A stretch of 64,000 nucleotides of DNA from Macrostomum lignano. Its lineage: Eukaryota. The notes below the pieces were generated by a model. That model did not search any database, was not told where the DNA came from, and worked only from the letters and a program-made list of their open reading frames with translations. The stretch lies in assembly GCA_002269645.1 (NCBI GenBank), contig NIVC01000997.1, positions 186,001 through 250,000 of the forward strand, written 5' to 3'. Below are positions 26,029 to 37,819 of the stretch, piece by piece. Positions within the stretch are counted from its first letter, which is position 1, and each line of letters opens with the position of its first letter. Both the position numbers and the translations under genes were made by a program.

Positions 26029-26528
26029 AAAGGGGATGTCAACTTAAGCACCAGAATGGAGCCCGAAGTTCAGCTCCGGCCCAAACCGACTGAAATCGAT
26101 AACTTGTCGGCCCAGACGAGGTTGCAGCTTTCAATCATTAGCTTTCGATTTCAACATTTCTGCCCAAAGAGCATGCGACATTTTTTGGGAGATTGCCAAG
26201 GAGCAGTACCTACGGGATCCATATCAACCGAGGTCGATAGCGTCGACTCCGATTCAGACTCTGCCTGAGGAAAATGTAGTACGCGATCAATTTATTCTCG
26301 GTGTATTTCACACACTACTCAAAGGCAAGAAGCTTGTTCTTCTAGTGGGTGATCATACATACTTTTATCTCCCTAAGAGCAGCTCACACCTGGGACCCCA
26401 AGGAAGGGAGCCAGATGGGATGTCTCGGCGATTCTAGTCGTCTGGGCCGACAAGTTATCGATTTCAGTCGGTTTGGGCCGGAGCTGAACTTCGGGCTCCA
26501 TTCTGGTGCTTAAGTTGACATCCCCTTT
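26029..26528. mobile_element. Non-autonomous DNA transposon with perfect 91-bp TIRs and an internal PIF/Harbinger-ISL2EU-like transposase fragment
   Basis: 26029-26119 is the reverse complement of 26438-26528. An internal + frame reads GCSFQSLAFDFNIS...IFWE...LVLLVGDHTYFY, resembling the DDE_Tnp_4 HTH and first Asp motif. No clear TSD. Confidence 0.6.
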
Positions 26529-26565
26529 CTTTTACATACTAGGGTTTAGGGTTAGGCTTAGTACA

Positions 26566-26859
26566 GGTAATGGCTAGAGTTCCGGCACCAGAACCCATTT
26601 TCTAACAACTAGGGATCCGGCAGTGCCGTATAGAAGCATATAAAGACTGCTAAGAACATATCTTAAGAAGTCTGAATATTAGAAGCATCTCGTCCCAAGT
26701 CTTATCATGACATATTGTCTTAAATTTTAATCTAGAACAAAATCTCAATATCAGCCACCTGTAGAAAAAAAATATAATGTTCTATCTATATTATAATGGC
26801 CCTGCTGGATCCGTAGCCATTAGAAAATGGGTTCCGGTGCCAGAACTCTAGCCATTGCC
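26566..26859. mobile_element. 294-bp MITE, Mutator (MULE)-type
   Basis: About 57-bp imperfect TIRs beginning GG(T/C)AATGGCTAGAG; exact 9-bp TSD CTTAGTACA at 26557-26565 and 26860-26868. Confidence 0.8.
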
Positions 26860-26927
26860 CTTAGTACAAATGTACAATAGGCCCTATTCAATCCCACGAT
26901 CAAATCAATGTGCCAAAGAACATTGTA

Positions 26928-28717
26928 TTGGGTGTCCCAATAGAATTGAGACAAAATAGGGTGCATTTTTAAGCTTATAGTTTTTAGCAGGCATGACGAA
27001 TCCAGGTTAGGCCTATATTTTATATAAATAATAAGACACATGTTAAATTTAGCTTCATTCAATGTAGCCACTGTGGGTATTGATGCTTGCAGGCATGAAT
27101 TACATGCTGCCAATTGATATTGGCACATGCATCTACAATTGCTTGGCTAGCAGCAAGGCTGCAATGTAGTGCCTATATGGCATAACTATGGTTTCGTTCA
27201 TTATATTATTTATTGTTTAAAATTTGCTCCAGCATTCCAACAAAAAATGGCTAGACAACCAGTGGCTCCTACGACAATCATTCCACGCGTCTGTAAACCA
27301 CCGGCTCCATTTTGTGGACCCCCAGGACCCAAAGGTTCATACGAACACTATCGAGAGAACGTAGGCACATTGCAAGGCGAAGTTTCGCAACATGTACGGG
27401 ATGAGTGATGGTCTATTCAAAACTCATCTGCAGGAATTTCTGTGGCACCGTCTATATCCATGGAATGTGTTTGGCAACTTTCTCTACTGGGTGTCATATT
27501 ATTATCCCCTCTAATTATCTTTCTCGTGACTTTGAACTCTAATTTGAACTTTTTTGGTAGTGGGTCATCTTTTCTGAACTTCTCCGAGTACGGTTTGTCG
27601 TAATCTCTAATAACTTATTGCTTTTTTAAATAAAATAATATAACGAACGAAACCATAGTTATGCCGCCTATGCTTATTGTTCTCTTTCTCAACAATGCCC
27701 CAAATGTAGTAGTCAAGTGGATTAAGGTTGGGCAAGGAAGGCAGCCAAAACTCCTTCAACCAAAACATATCTAATGTGTTACTACACTAGTTTTGTACAA
27801 TATTGCTATTGTATGTAGGAGCGCCATCCTGTTGAAAGCAATAATGGTATCTAGTAGCCACATTGACAATCTACAGATATACTATTGCTTGAGAACATCT
27901 AGTTAGATAGCAATTTTGATTGTCTTTCTTGCCCTTCTCAAAGAAATGTGATGGCATAATGTCACCCTCGTCAGAGACAACAAGCAGCATATAGTTGATA
28001 TGGATGCTAAAGGCGTGTTTTGTCTATAGTCTATAATAGTGGGCATATCATTGGGATCCTTTGCCAACTACTAGTATTGCATCAATTGGCTTCCTGATTG
28101 ACTGTAACAATTTTTTCAGATGAGAAAAATGCAGAGTTGATCAGCTGCTTTATGCTTGAGAAATAATAATAGATGGCATTTTGCCAATCTTCACTCTTTC
28201 TAACCTTGACTGAGCATCTGGCATACAACACCTTGAGGACAAATAAATGATAGTGCAGGTCCTCATGAACTGCATTGACAATGGTTGTTTTGCCAACTTG
28301 CAGCTCAGCTGCCAAATTGCATATTGATTGGCTTGGATCCATATCAACAAGTTCCTGCAGCTTGTTGATGAAGTCCTTGCTCTGCTTTTGGCATTGTGAC
28401 CAACCTTGGACTTTTTAATAAGATGATACCAAACCTTCTTCTTCATCCTTAGCAGCTTTGAATGCAGTGGCAACACAATACACAGTTGCTCTCAAAATCT
28501 CTATGAACTTGGCAATGTTGGTAGCATGCACCCATTACAAAAGCACACAATGATTGCAACACTGCGCTCTTGTTCAGTCAACATTCTGAAAACAAAATGT
28601 TGTATTATGCTCACAAAAGACCATTCTCCCTTATATACAAGTTTTATGTTGCTAGCTTGCATTTTTGAGGCAGCATTGTTCATTTAAATTTTGTCTCAAT
28701 TCTATTGGGACACTGGG
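26928..28717 (-). mobile_element. Decayed Tc1/mariner element (maT/DD37D-like) with transposase pseudogene
   Basis: 26-bp exact IR GTGTCCCAATAGAATTGAGACAAAAT (26932-26957 and 28688-28713) with TA flanks. Minus-strand remnants DPSQSICNLAAELQVGKTTI, FFSSEKIVTV, FQQDGAP, WLPSLPNLNPLDYYIWG and SGYIE* carry many stops and frameshifts. Confidence 0.85.
27179..27665. mobile_element. 487-bp MITE nested in the mariner transposase
   Basis: TIR GGCATAACTATGGTTTCGTTC at both ends; degenerate 8-bp TSD GCCTATAT/GCCTATGC. Removing it rejoins the mariner frame NKHR-HY. Confidence 0.75.
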
Positions 28718-29635
28718 TAGAACCAATCTATAGCATAGGCTTAATGTATTGTATTCTAATTCAAATGTGCTATGTATATGCCTAGGGGCCTATTATAACC
28801 AAGGGCAAGGTTGCTTGTAATATTTAGGTCTTAATTCTAAGATTTTATACCCATTGTCACAGCTATAAAATATATTTATTTTGCACTAATTTTTATATAC
28901 TATAAGGATGCCTAGCTTAGTAGTTTTAATGCCAATGCACCAATGCAAATCTATAAATTATTTTGTAAACTTTATATTTACAATGTCAGACATTTGTTAT
29001 AGGCCCCTATAATTCTATTATGACAAGTTTACAGTTATTATAATTATGCTTCTCTAGCAAAATAATTAAAATAAAATCTTGAAAACCTAAAAAGCTATAT
29101 AAAGCCTAGCCTTTATATATATTTAATTCTCTTACCCTATCTTACTATCTTACTTAAAGTTAAATAGCTTAGTATAAATGTTATAGAAAATCTAATAGAA
29201 ATTTTAAGCAATGACTATTCATTCAGTATTTAACAAATAATATTGCTTTTATTTATCTAGCACCAGGTAAATAAAGTCATTCTTGTTTATCTGGTACCAG
29301 AAAAATAAACTTGAATTTATTTATTCAAAAGTATTAAGTATATAATATTTATATTTATTTGTACTCATTGGTCACATGCCCTATTGCATTAGAATAAGTA
29401 TGAAAAACCTGCAGATGCATGATACAAGGTCTAAAATTATAGCTTAAAAATACAATGCGACATAAAACTAATTAACTTTTGCACCAAATACAACCTAGTA
29501 CTATTAGATGATAAGGCATTTAGCCTTAATAAGTCAGTCATAGTTACTCTTGCCATTTATCCAATACTGCACTACGCTACGATACCACCTGCCTTACTCT
29601 AGCCATAATATAACATAGGAAAATTCTAAAATTGT

Positions 29636-30623
29636 TGTTGTACCTGTGGTTGTCCTGCTGTACAGCGCAGTGACTTGGGCTTCGTCCTCTCACTTAGAAG
29701 CCTTCTTAACTTTAGTAGCGTAGGTAGTGCTGCCACCAGTTCCTTCAGGTCTCGGCCTTCGATGAGGGGAGCTTCCCGTTGGAATGAAATAATGAAGTCA
29801 ATGAACACAGCACAGCATGCAGATTTAGAGCACAACGGATAGGGTGTCTCATCAGCAGTACCTGCCAGGCTAGGATGGTAGAGGGAGGGCTGAGTTAGCC
29901 TCTCGTAGACTTGGGTTGACTTGGTCGGGTTTCAGTCGGAGCAATAGGAATAGAGTCAATACGCGCAAAGGCTCAGACACTTGGGGATTTGGTCACATGC
30001 AGACATAGAACTCGAGGTTGAACAGAAAGAAGACTCCTTGACAGAAACAAGGGGGAGAGAGCTCCTATTTATAGCCAGGAAACACCCACGCAGGAGACCT
30101 CGTGACTTGTTCTATTTTTAGAACTGACTTCACTCAAGAGTCTTGGGCAGGGTACAAGCGTGCGGAAGACCTCGTGACTTGTTCTATTTTTAGAACTGAC
30201 GTCACTTGAGGTCCCCGGCCAGAGTACACGCGGCTGTGACTCAGTTGCTATTTTTAGCAACATGAGTCACTCCTCTCCTTAGAGAAGGGAGGGGTCCGAA
30301 AGCACATGACTCACCTGGTAAACAGGGCCAACGAGTGCAGTAAACATGTTTACTGCACTTTAGGACTTGAAGAACGCAGAGAACTGTCATGTGACTTGCT
30401 CACAAGACAGGGAAAATGGGACGGGAGCAAAACAGAGACAGCCCACAGCCAAGAGGCTAGGGCTGAGAACAGAGACGCAGAAGGCCAGAACAGGCCAAGG
30501 GCAGCAGCAGACAAACAAAAGGGAGGGGCGGGAAGCTGACCAGCGGCAGACAGCAACCCAGGGCAAAGGCAAGGGAACAGCTGACAAGGGCGACGCCTAA
30601 CCATAAACTAGCGGCTCACTACA
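29636..30623 (-). repeat. 3' LTR (988 bp)
   Basis: Aligns to 37820-38697; preceded on the minus strand by the PPT GAACGGGGAGAG (30635-30624); TATA CTATAAATAG at 30074-30065. Confidence 0.93.
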
Positions 30624-31251
30624 CTCTCCCCGTTCAAATAAAGAGGCAGAGTGAAAGCGGAGCGCGCCTTTATTTAAAAGGTAAACTGCAAAATGTAATA
30701 AAATAAAATTTCGGTTGGCAAGGAGATGGTAAATTGGCATGGCAGCAGAAGAGGGTGGGTCAGGCCCATGATTGCGACCCAAAACGCACGGCGGGGGCGC
30801 CTGCCCGCATGAACTCAGCGCCTAAATACCGGGGTGCTTTAAATAATAGCAGAGCCCGTGGGGGAGAAAGGGGATACCTGAGCAGGTATGGGGACATAAA
30901 AATAGAGGCCGCAATCGGACTTAAACGCGCGGCTGGGCGAGAGCTGTAAAACTGCCCCATATTGTATTAGTGGAACACACCAAATGCAGGCGAGGGGCGC
31001 CAGCCCCAAGAAAGCAAGAAGCGCCTAAATACAAAGGAGTTCTTGCAGAGCCCTGGGGAAGAAAAGCAAGGGACTGGCCAGAGGCCTTCAAAGGGTTATC
31101 ATCAGCTTTAGCACAAATGGCAAATGCTGCTCACAAAAGGAAAAATTAAATGGCGGGATTGTGCAAAATTCGGACATCCAGCGCACAGCTGCCATGGGCG
31201 CTAAGTCAGTGGCGCCGAAAAGTTTCGCACTAGGCTGCTTCCTAAAATCAA

Positions 31252-32340
31252 TCAGTCCACCCTGCCGCAGTTCATTATGATCTCGGGCACTGCCGGTGTG
31301 CACCCAGCAATTTGCCCAGCGATTAGCTGAGCTACAACGCGCGCTGTCTCGTGGTGCGGTGGTCGTCTGAGCGTGGGCTCGGCAAGTTGGGCTGCCTCGT
31401 TCAGCAGCCTCTGCCAATCATCGTCAGTAAGAGCGCGGAGGCATGCCCATCGCGGCCAGTCCGCGAGGTTCGGCAGGAGATTTAACTGAGCCGCGGCCAT
31501 CAGTTGCTGTGCAATAAAGTAGACCGCCTCAATGTAGCGGTTAACGGCGGCTTGCACGGCTGGTGAGAGGCCTGCAGGCGCTGGGTCTTCTTCCGCGTCA
31601 TTGGGCTCGGGCGAGTTAGGCGGCGGCGGCGGGGTCGTGTCGCTGGGGGCCAGGGCCTGCCTCAGTTCCGCAGCCAGGTCGTTGAGGACAGCCGCCTCGG
31701 TGGGGTGGTCTTCTGTCTGGCAGGCGGCCTTGGTGGTTCTCGGTTTCGGCCGGGAGCTTGGTCTCAGGGACCGTGGGCAGCCATGTCTGGTCATCGCATG
31801 GTGGTGAGGCTGGCTCCAGATGGTCGGCGCTGCCCCTTGGCTTCGGGCTTGGTGTCGGTCGTGGTGGGCTTGGGTCACTCCTGGCTGGTTTCTGCAGCCT
31901 CGCGTGCTTGGTCAGCCTCGACCTGGCGTCGGATTGACGCGATTCCTTGGGCAACAGCTTCCATGCTGGCTGTTGACGCAGCCGCCTGTCCTCCTGATGA
32001 GGTTGGCGCTAGACGACGGACGACGGCCGGGTTCTCAGAGGGCGTCCCCTCGGCACCGGCGGTCCGGTTGTGCCCCGGTCGGCGTCGACGTCTGCACCTC
32101 CTTGATGGGTGGTGGTTCTCCTCCGGCAGCGGCGTAGCTCCGCAGTCCTGACGGAAGCCAAGCCGGAGCTGGGGAGGAATGCAATGAGCCTCTCGGTGCT
32201 TGCCAGATTCGAGCTGGCCGGCCGCTGCGCTGATCGGAGGCCCCGGTTCGACATAGTAATGGGGTCGATTGAGGCGAGCCTCAGTAGGCGGCGAGCGCTC
32301 AGTGCGCTTAGCAATACGGCGCGGTTGCATTTCTGCGCTG
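31252..32340 (-). CDS. Accessory 3' ORF of the Gypsy element (two overlapping frames, 32340-31875 and 31878-31252), unknown function
   Basis: ATG at 32340 lies 7 nt after a CTAA...TTTCAG acceptor; a Pro-rich region is followed by a helical-looking block AVQAAVNRYIEAVYFIAQQLMAAAQLNLLPNLADWPRWACL. No signal peptide or TM segment is visible. Confidence 0.4.
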
Positions 32341-35300
32341 AAATTCGTTTTAGTTTGTGCGCGGATGCGGGCGGTGTGGCTAACGTAAGTTTTAGCCCTA
32401 GGATTAATAATCAGCCTCTCAGGCTGCCTACGGTTCCTAGCCGGCCTACCGGCATCTATAGTTCCTAATGATGCTTCCATCAGAGTGGTGCATAGCGACG
32501 GCCCAGGGGTCTGGACCACAGAAAAAGCAGCACTGGGGGCGGGAGCAGAAACGGGCGGAAAAGAAACAATAGGCGTAGATGTATCAAGAACAGGCTCATG
32601 CAAATGACATTCACCATACGGCACTGGCTCACGTCGAAGTGCACTTGCCTGGTTCGCTGGTGTCGTGACCAGTCCACCTCCTGGCTGCACCTCCGGGATC
32701 GCCAAAGGCCGGAAGTGCCATCGGAAGGCCGGCCTTGCGTCGTAGCCGTCATCATCATCATCGTCGGGGTCGTCCTGGTCGTCCTCGGGAATCGGCGTCA
32801 GGGTCGCGGGTCCTGCGTCGTCGGGGACGTCGGGCGGTCGCCGACGCTTCTTCGGTTTGTCGACTTCAGGATCGGAAGTCCTCGTGTAATTGGCGTCAGG
32901 CACGAGTAGGAGGTTCCGGCGATGGACGATTAGTTCGTCTCGTCTGGCTCTCGGGTTGGGCAGTCTCCGTCGAATCTTGTAGACGACCTTGCCCTTGGGC
33001 TCGACGACTTCGTATAAGGCTTTGCGAGGTCGATGAAACTTTGCCGCCTCATCCGGTTCGAGTACCGGGTTGTTGAGGAAGACCGGATCGCCGGGTTGAA
33101 GCTTCTTGGCGGCAAGCAGGTTCGAGTAGTGCTCGTCTCGCAGTTGCTGATGCAGATGCAGGCGCTCCTTGGCTAGCTCAGTCGCCTCGTCCAGGCGACG
33201 TTGGAAGTCCTTGACGTAGTCGGGCAGGTCGGCATACTCGGGCAGCTTCTTCAGCGCGTTGTCGATCGGGAGTCGGAAATCACGGCCAAACACCAGGTAG
33301 TGAGGCGTGAAGCCGGTCACCGGGTGCATGCTGGAGCGGAGAGCCATCAGACAGGCCGGGAGGAAGGTGTCCCAGTCGTGGTTGCGCTCGAGCAGACAGG
33401 TGAGGACACTCTTCAGCTGTTTGTTGAGGTTCTCGACTTGTCCGTTGGAAGCTGGATTGTACGGTGTTGTTGTCGTATGCCGAATGCCAAACAGGTCGCA
33501 GAAGTTCTTGAAGGCCGAGCCGGTGAAGTTGGTGCCTTGGTCGGTGTGGATCCAGCATGGTACACCGAACTCGGGGATGAAGCGATCCTGCAGAAGCTTG
33601 ATGACTGTTTTGGCTTTCTGGTTTCTCATCGGGTAGGCGAATGGATACTTCGACGTCGCATCGCACAAGGTCAGGATGTAGCGGTTGCCGCTCTTGCTTT
33701 TCTGCGCGATTGGTCCTACTACATCACAGTGGATTCTACCCAGAACTTCGCAAACTTGGAAGCTCTAGACCGGAACTCTCTCTCGCCGTCGCGATTTACT
33801 TTCAAGGCAGGTGCGGCACTTACTGATGAAGGTCTTGGTAGCACGGGCTAATCCGGGTCTCCAGAACCGTTCTCGTAGCCGCAGTAACGTCTTCGTCTCG
33901 CCGAGGTGTCCACACAGTGGGGAACTGTGGAGCTCCTGGAGCACCTGGGCGTCAAGGGCCTCAGGCAGAACTACCTTTGGCGGCTGCTGTCCATCAGTCA
34001 GGTCAATCAGCAGCAGGCCGTTGTCCTCCTGCAGGTTCTCATAGTATCCGAGTAGGTTCCGCTGCTCCTTCGTCAGTCGCAACCGGGCATCAAACTCAGG
34101 CTTTGGGGCTTCGTCCTTGACCAGGTTGAGCACGTAGCTGATGGCTCGGTCAGCGCGCTGGGCGTCAATGAACTGTTGGCGAGTCATCGGCAGCTTCAGA
34201 AAATCAGTGAGCACGGCGCGGCATGGCTGAGGGGTCATGACTCCCGCAGTCTCTGCTTTAATGGCTCCAGGTCAATCACATGGCACTGTCTTGTCGGCGT
34301 CAGGATTAGGTCTCTCCGAGGGACTTTGTCTCACAACGTCGGCGTACGTCCATTGATCTCGTTTCGAAGTTCTCATCGTCGCTCTCGTGACAGAAAATTC
34401 CGCAGATGGAGCAGCGCGCATGCCTCCACTGCCTAGCACAGGCGACTCTTGGCTGTAGGGCGGGACGCAACACGTGAAACACGCCTTGTCGCAGGCAGCC
34501 GTAGCCGTCGGCTCAGTCGTCGTCAAAATTGGGTGAGTCTTCTCCAAAGGGGGACTCGACTTTCCGCACAGGCGATGAGCAGCTGTCTGTCGGCCCGGGG
34601 GACAGAGCTTCGACCTTGCAGCTGGCGCGAGATTCTGGCCTCTGTCAACATGGCGAGAAATCCCAGCAAAAGGCTCGGAAGGGTTGTAGTTAAATTGCTT
34701 GCCTGGAGTTGCGTTGCGGGCCGTCATCAGAAGGGCTGCTGGTGCGGTGGCCTTTGAATCTTTGTCCGTGGGCGTTTCCAGAATCCGAGACCTGAAGTCT
34801 TGGGCGTCGTCAAGGAGGTCTGTGTCCACAGTGGCCTCAAGGTCTTTGTCCAGGTTGGTCTCCAAGTTGCGGTAGGCGGCATGGGCATCGCGGCAGAGGG
34901 CTGTTGTCGCAGTGGCCTCTGAGTTGTCGTCCAGGCCAGTCTCCAGGCGTTGACTGCAGCGGTGGGCGTCGTGTTGGAAGGCTGCTGGCGCGGTGGCTTC
35001 CAGGTCTTCGTCCAGGTCAGTCTTGGCCTCCAAGCAGCGAGATTGGACTGTCTTCTGGAGGGCTGCTCTGGCAGTGGCCTCGGGTGTCGGGTCCAAATCC
35101 GGTTCCAGGTCGTGGTCGTCGCCGGGTCGGGCTGTAGAACCAGGTTGCTCTAGCAGTCGGCCATGCTCAAAGGAGATCGGCGGCGCCTCCGGTCTTCTTG
35201 ACAGGGCATCAGCGTTGGCGTGGTCCTTGCCTTTGCGGTGGTTGAGCTGGAAGCGGAACTCGCTTAGGCGTTCGATCCAGCGGCCTAAAATACCTGTGGC

Positions 35301-37730
35301 CTGAGTCTGGTTCAGTAACCACAGTAAGGCCCGATGATCGGATCGAACTTCAAACTTCTTGCCAATTAAATAATGACGGAAATGTCGCATAGCGTCCACA
35401 ATTGCAAGCAGCTCTTCGTGACCGTGTAGCGCTTCTCAGGATCGCGAAGTTTACGGCTAAAGAATGCAATTGGACGTTCGACGCCGTCGGATTGCAGTTG
35501 TCCAAAGCAAGCGCCTATTCGAATATCAGAGGCATCCGTGTCGAGGACAAACTTCACAGCAGGATCAGTATTAAATTCAGGCAGAGCGAGAACTTCAGTA
35601 GAACACAATTTCTTCTTCAAAGTGTCAAACGCTACCTGATGCTCGGGAGTCCAATGCTGCCGCAGGCTGCCAATGTCCTTTCGCGTCAGGGCATGCAGCG
35701 GCGCAGCCACTCCAGCGTAGCCGTCGACAAACTTGTGGTAGTAATTGGCGAGGCCTAGGAATTGTCTCAGTTGAGTAATGGACTGTGGCACAGGCCAATC
35801 ACGGATCTGCGCAATCTTGTCCTCACAGGTCTTCAGCCCGTCGGGAGTCACGACGTGACCTAAATAATGCAGCTCCTTGAGGAACAAATGACACTTCTTC
35901 GGTTTCACTTTGAGGTTGGCTGCGATGATGCGCTGGAGTACAGTTCGCAAGTTATCCAGCTGTTCCTCGAAAGTCACTGAGTGCACCACGATGTCGTCCA
36001 TATAGCCAAGCGCAGTCTTTGGCGTCAGGCCGTCCAGGAGCTTATTGATGCAACGCTGAAAGCTGCCGGGACTGTCGTGGAGACCCATCGGTAGAACGTT
36101 AAAACAGAATTGGCCGCGGTCGATCACTGAGAATGCTGTCAAGTGCTGGTCGCAGTCGCGCAGCGGGATCTGCCAGAATCCTTGAGCAAGGTCCAAGCTG
36201 GAATACCACTGAGCACCACGAAGCTTCGCGAAGGTTTCCTGGATGTGCGGCAGCGGATACGGGTGATACACACACCTGTCGTTGAGAGCTCTGAAGTCGT
36301 GGACTAGCCGGATGTTGCCGTCCTTCTTGGGCACGATGAGCATTCAGATGAGGCGGGATTCTGCGCGGTGGTAGCGCAACTGGTGTCCGATCTTTCAGGA
36401 CGATCTCGTGGGTCACCAGGTGAGTCAGGCCGGCGTCTAGCAGGTGCTTGGAGAAGGCCGCTTGACATTCAACTAGTAGATCTCGCACTCGCTGATGTTG
36501 TTCTTTGGACAATTCGGTGTTGATCTCGACTTCATCTAGCCATGCTGTGCTCGACTCTTCAGGACTCTTCGACAGCTGTCGCACTTCAGGTTCGGGCGTC
36601 TCGCTCAAGTACATCAGGTCGGCAGTTTGGAGTGGCGTCGCAACACCAACACGGATACCGGCCTGCAGGAACACCTCGCTGTCGGCGGTGTTGACGACCT
36701 CAAGATAGCCGCGACCTTCAGGCATCGTCATCAGAGCAGGCGCTGCTTCCAGAACGTTGCAACTGGGATGCAGCCTCGACTTAACCAGCTCGACGATTGA
36801 TGGCGATTCTCGATTCTCGGAATGGCCGTCATCCAATCTGACGGGAAGCAGCACTGAACTTCTAGGCGGCAGGGTGCACTTCTCGGAGGTGTACACTCGG
36901 CAGGTTTGAAGCTCACGACGCGAATAACGAACAGGGATGCATGTGCCATTGTTGAACGTTAGCATTCCTTGAGCGAAGTCCAAGTTCTGGCAGTGCTCTC
37001 GCATAAACGATACGCCAAGCAAGTTTTCACAATCGGAGACCGTGACGAGGAATTCGGTGTCCGCGACGACATCACCAATCTCCTTCTCACGGTCTTCAGG
37101 GTGCATCCGAGGATACGCACGTTCACCAAGAGTTCTCAGGGCGTCAGCAAACTCTTCTGCTGACTCATTCTTGCCTTGTTGACGACGTCGCAACAGTTCT
37201 CGATACTCATCAGCACCACCATGACGGGCAAATCGCTCAATCAGACGCTGCTTGACCTCCTCGTAGCTGGCGAAACGCGGAAGATTCATACTAAGCAAAG
37301 AAGGATATGCAGTAGCCAAATCAAGACTCGCGATGAGGTGTTGCTTCATCTCGAACGGGTCGACTATGCACTCCATCTCGCAACGCTGCTCGAACGCGGC
37401 AAGCCAGACATGAATGTCCTGACTTGGAGTAAACTTTACAATTTTAACTTGTTTACTCACAGGCCGCTCCATCTGCTGCTGCAGAGCTGCCATCATGGTC
37501 CTCACGTCCTGGTGCGTGATGTTCCGGCCGATGTTGTCCAGGCCTTGCAGAAGCTCGTCTGGCGGGTCGTCGGACACGTCGCTTCTGGCACCTCGCCTCG
37601 GCGTCGGCTGCTGACCAAAGTCGTTGATCGCTACTGCTGCTGCGGCGGCATCTGCGGCCGCAGGCCTCGAACTGCTGATGTGCTGATCCAGCCGGCTGCT
37701 GCACCGGCTCTCGTCTCGTTCGTTGAACAT
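32341..37730 (-). pseudogene. gag-pol pseudogene
   Basis: Gag (VWLAAFEQRC, RRQQGKNESAEEFADALRTL); RT (VPKKDG, RLVHDFRALN, SSLDLAQGFWQI, YMDD); RNase H (TDASD, IAFFS); IN (HSSPLCGH...CRTC, IHCDVVGP, IHTDQGTNF, SNGQVENLN). Lesions: Zn-knuckle and protease active site deleted (~37073), RT N-terminal deletion (~36345), frameshift (~35400), in-frame stops at 34272 and 33765. Confidence 0.92.
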
Positions 37731-37800
37731 GTTGAACTCGTAGTCGCTGGCCGATGTCGTTCTCAAAAGAGCGGTTGGCTTGGGTGTGTCGTAGTCGGAT

Positions 37801-37818
37801 CTCACCGCTGCGTCACCA
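37801..37818 (-). other. Primer-binding site TGGTGACGCAGCGGTGAG
   Basis: Begins 1 nt after the 5' LTR CA; an imperfect match to the complement of a tRNA-Leu-type 3' end (from memory). Confidence 0.7.
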
Positions 37819-37819
37819 G

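Noticed and set aside
31252-32340. Calling the Gypsy 3' ORF env
   Set aside because: No signal peptide, furin site followed by a fusion peptide, or TM anchor is visible.
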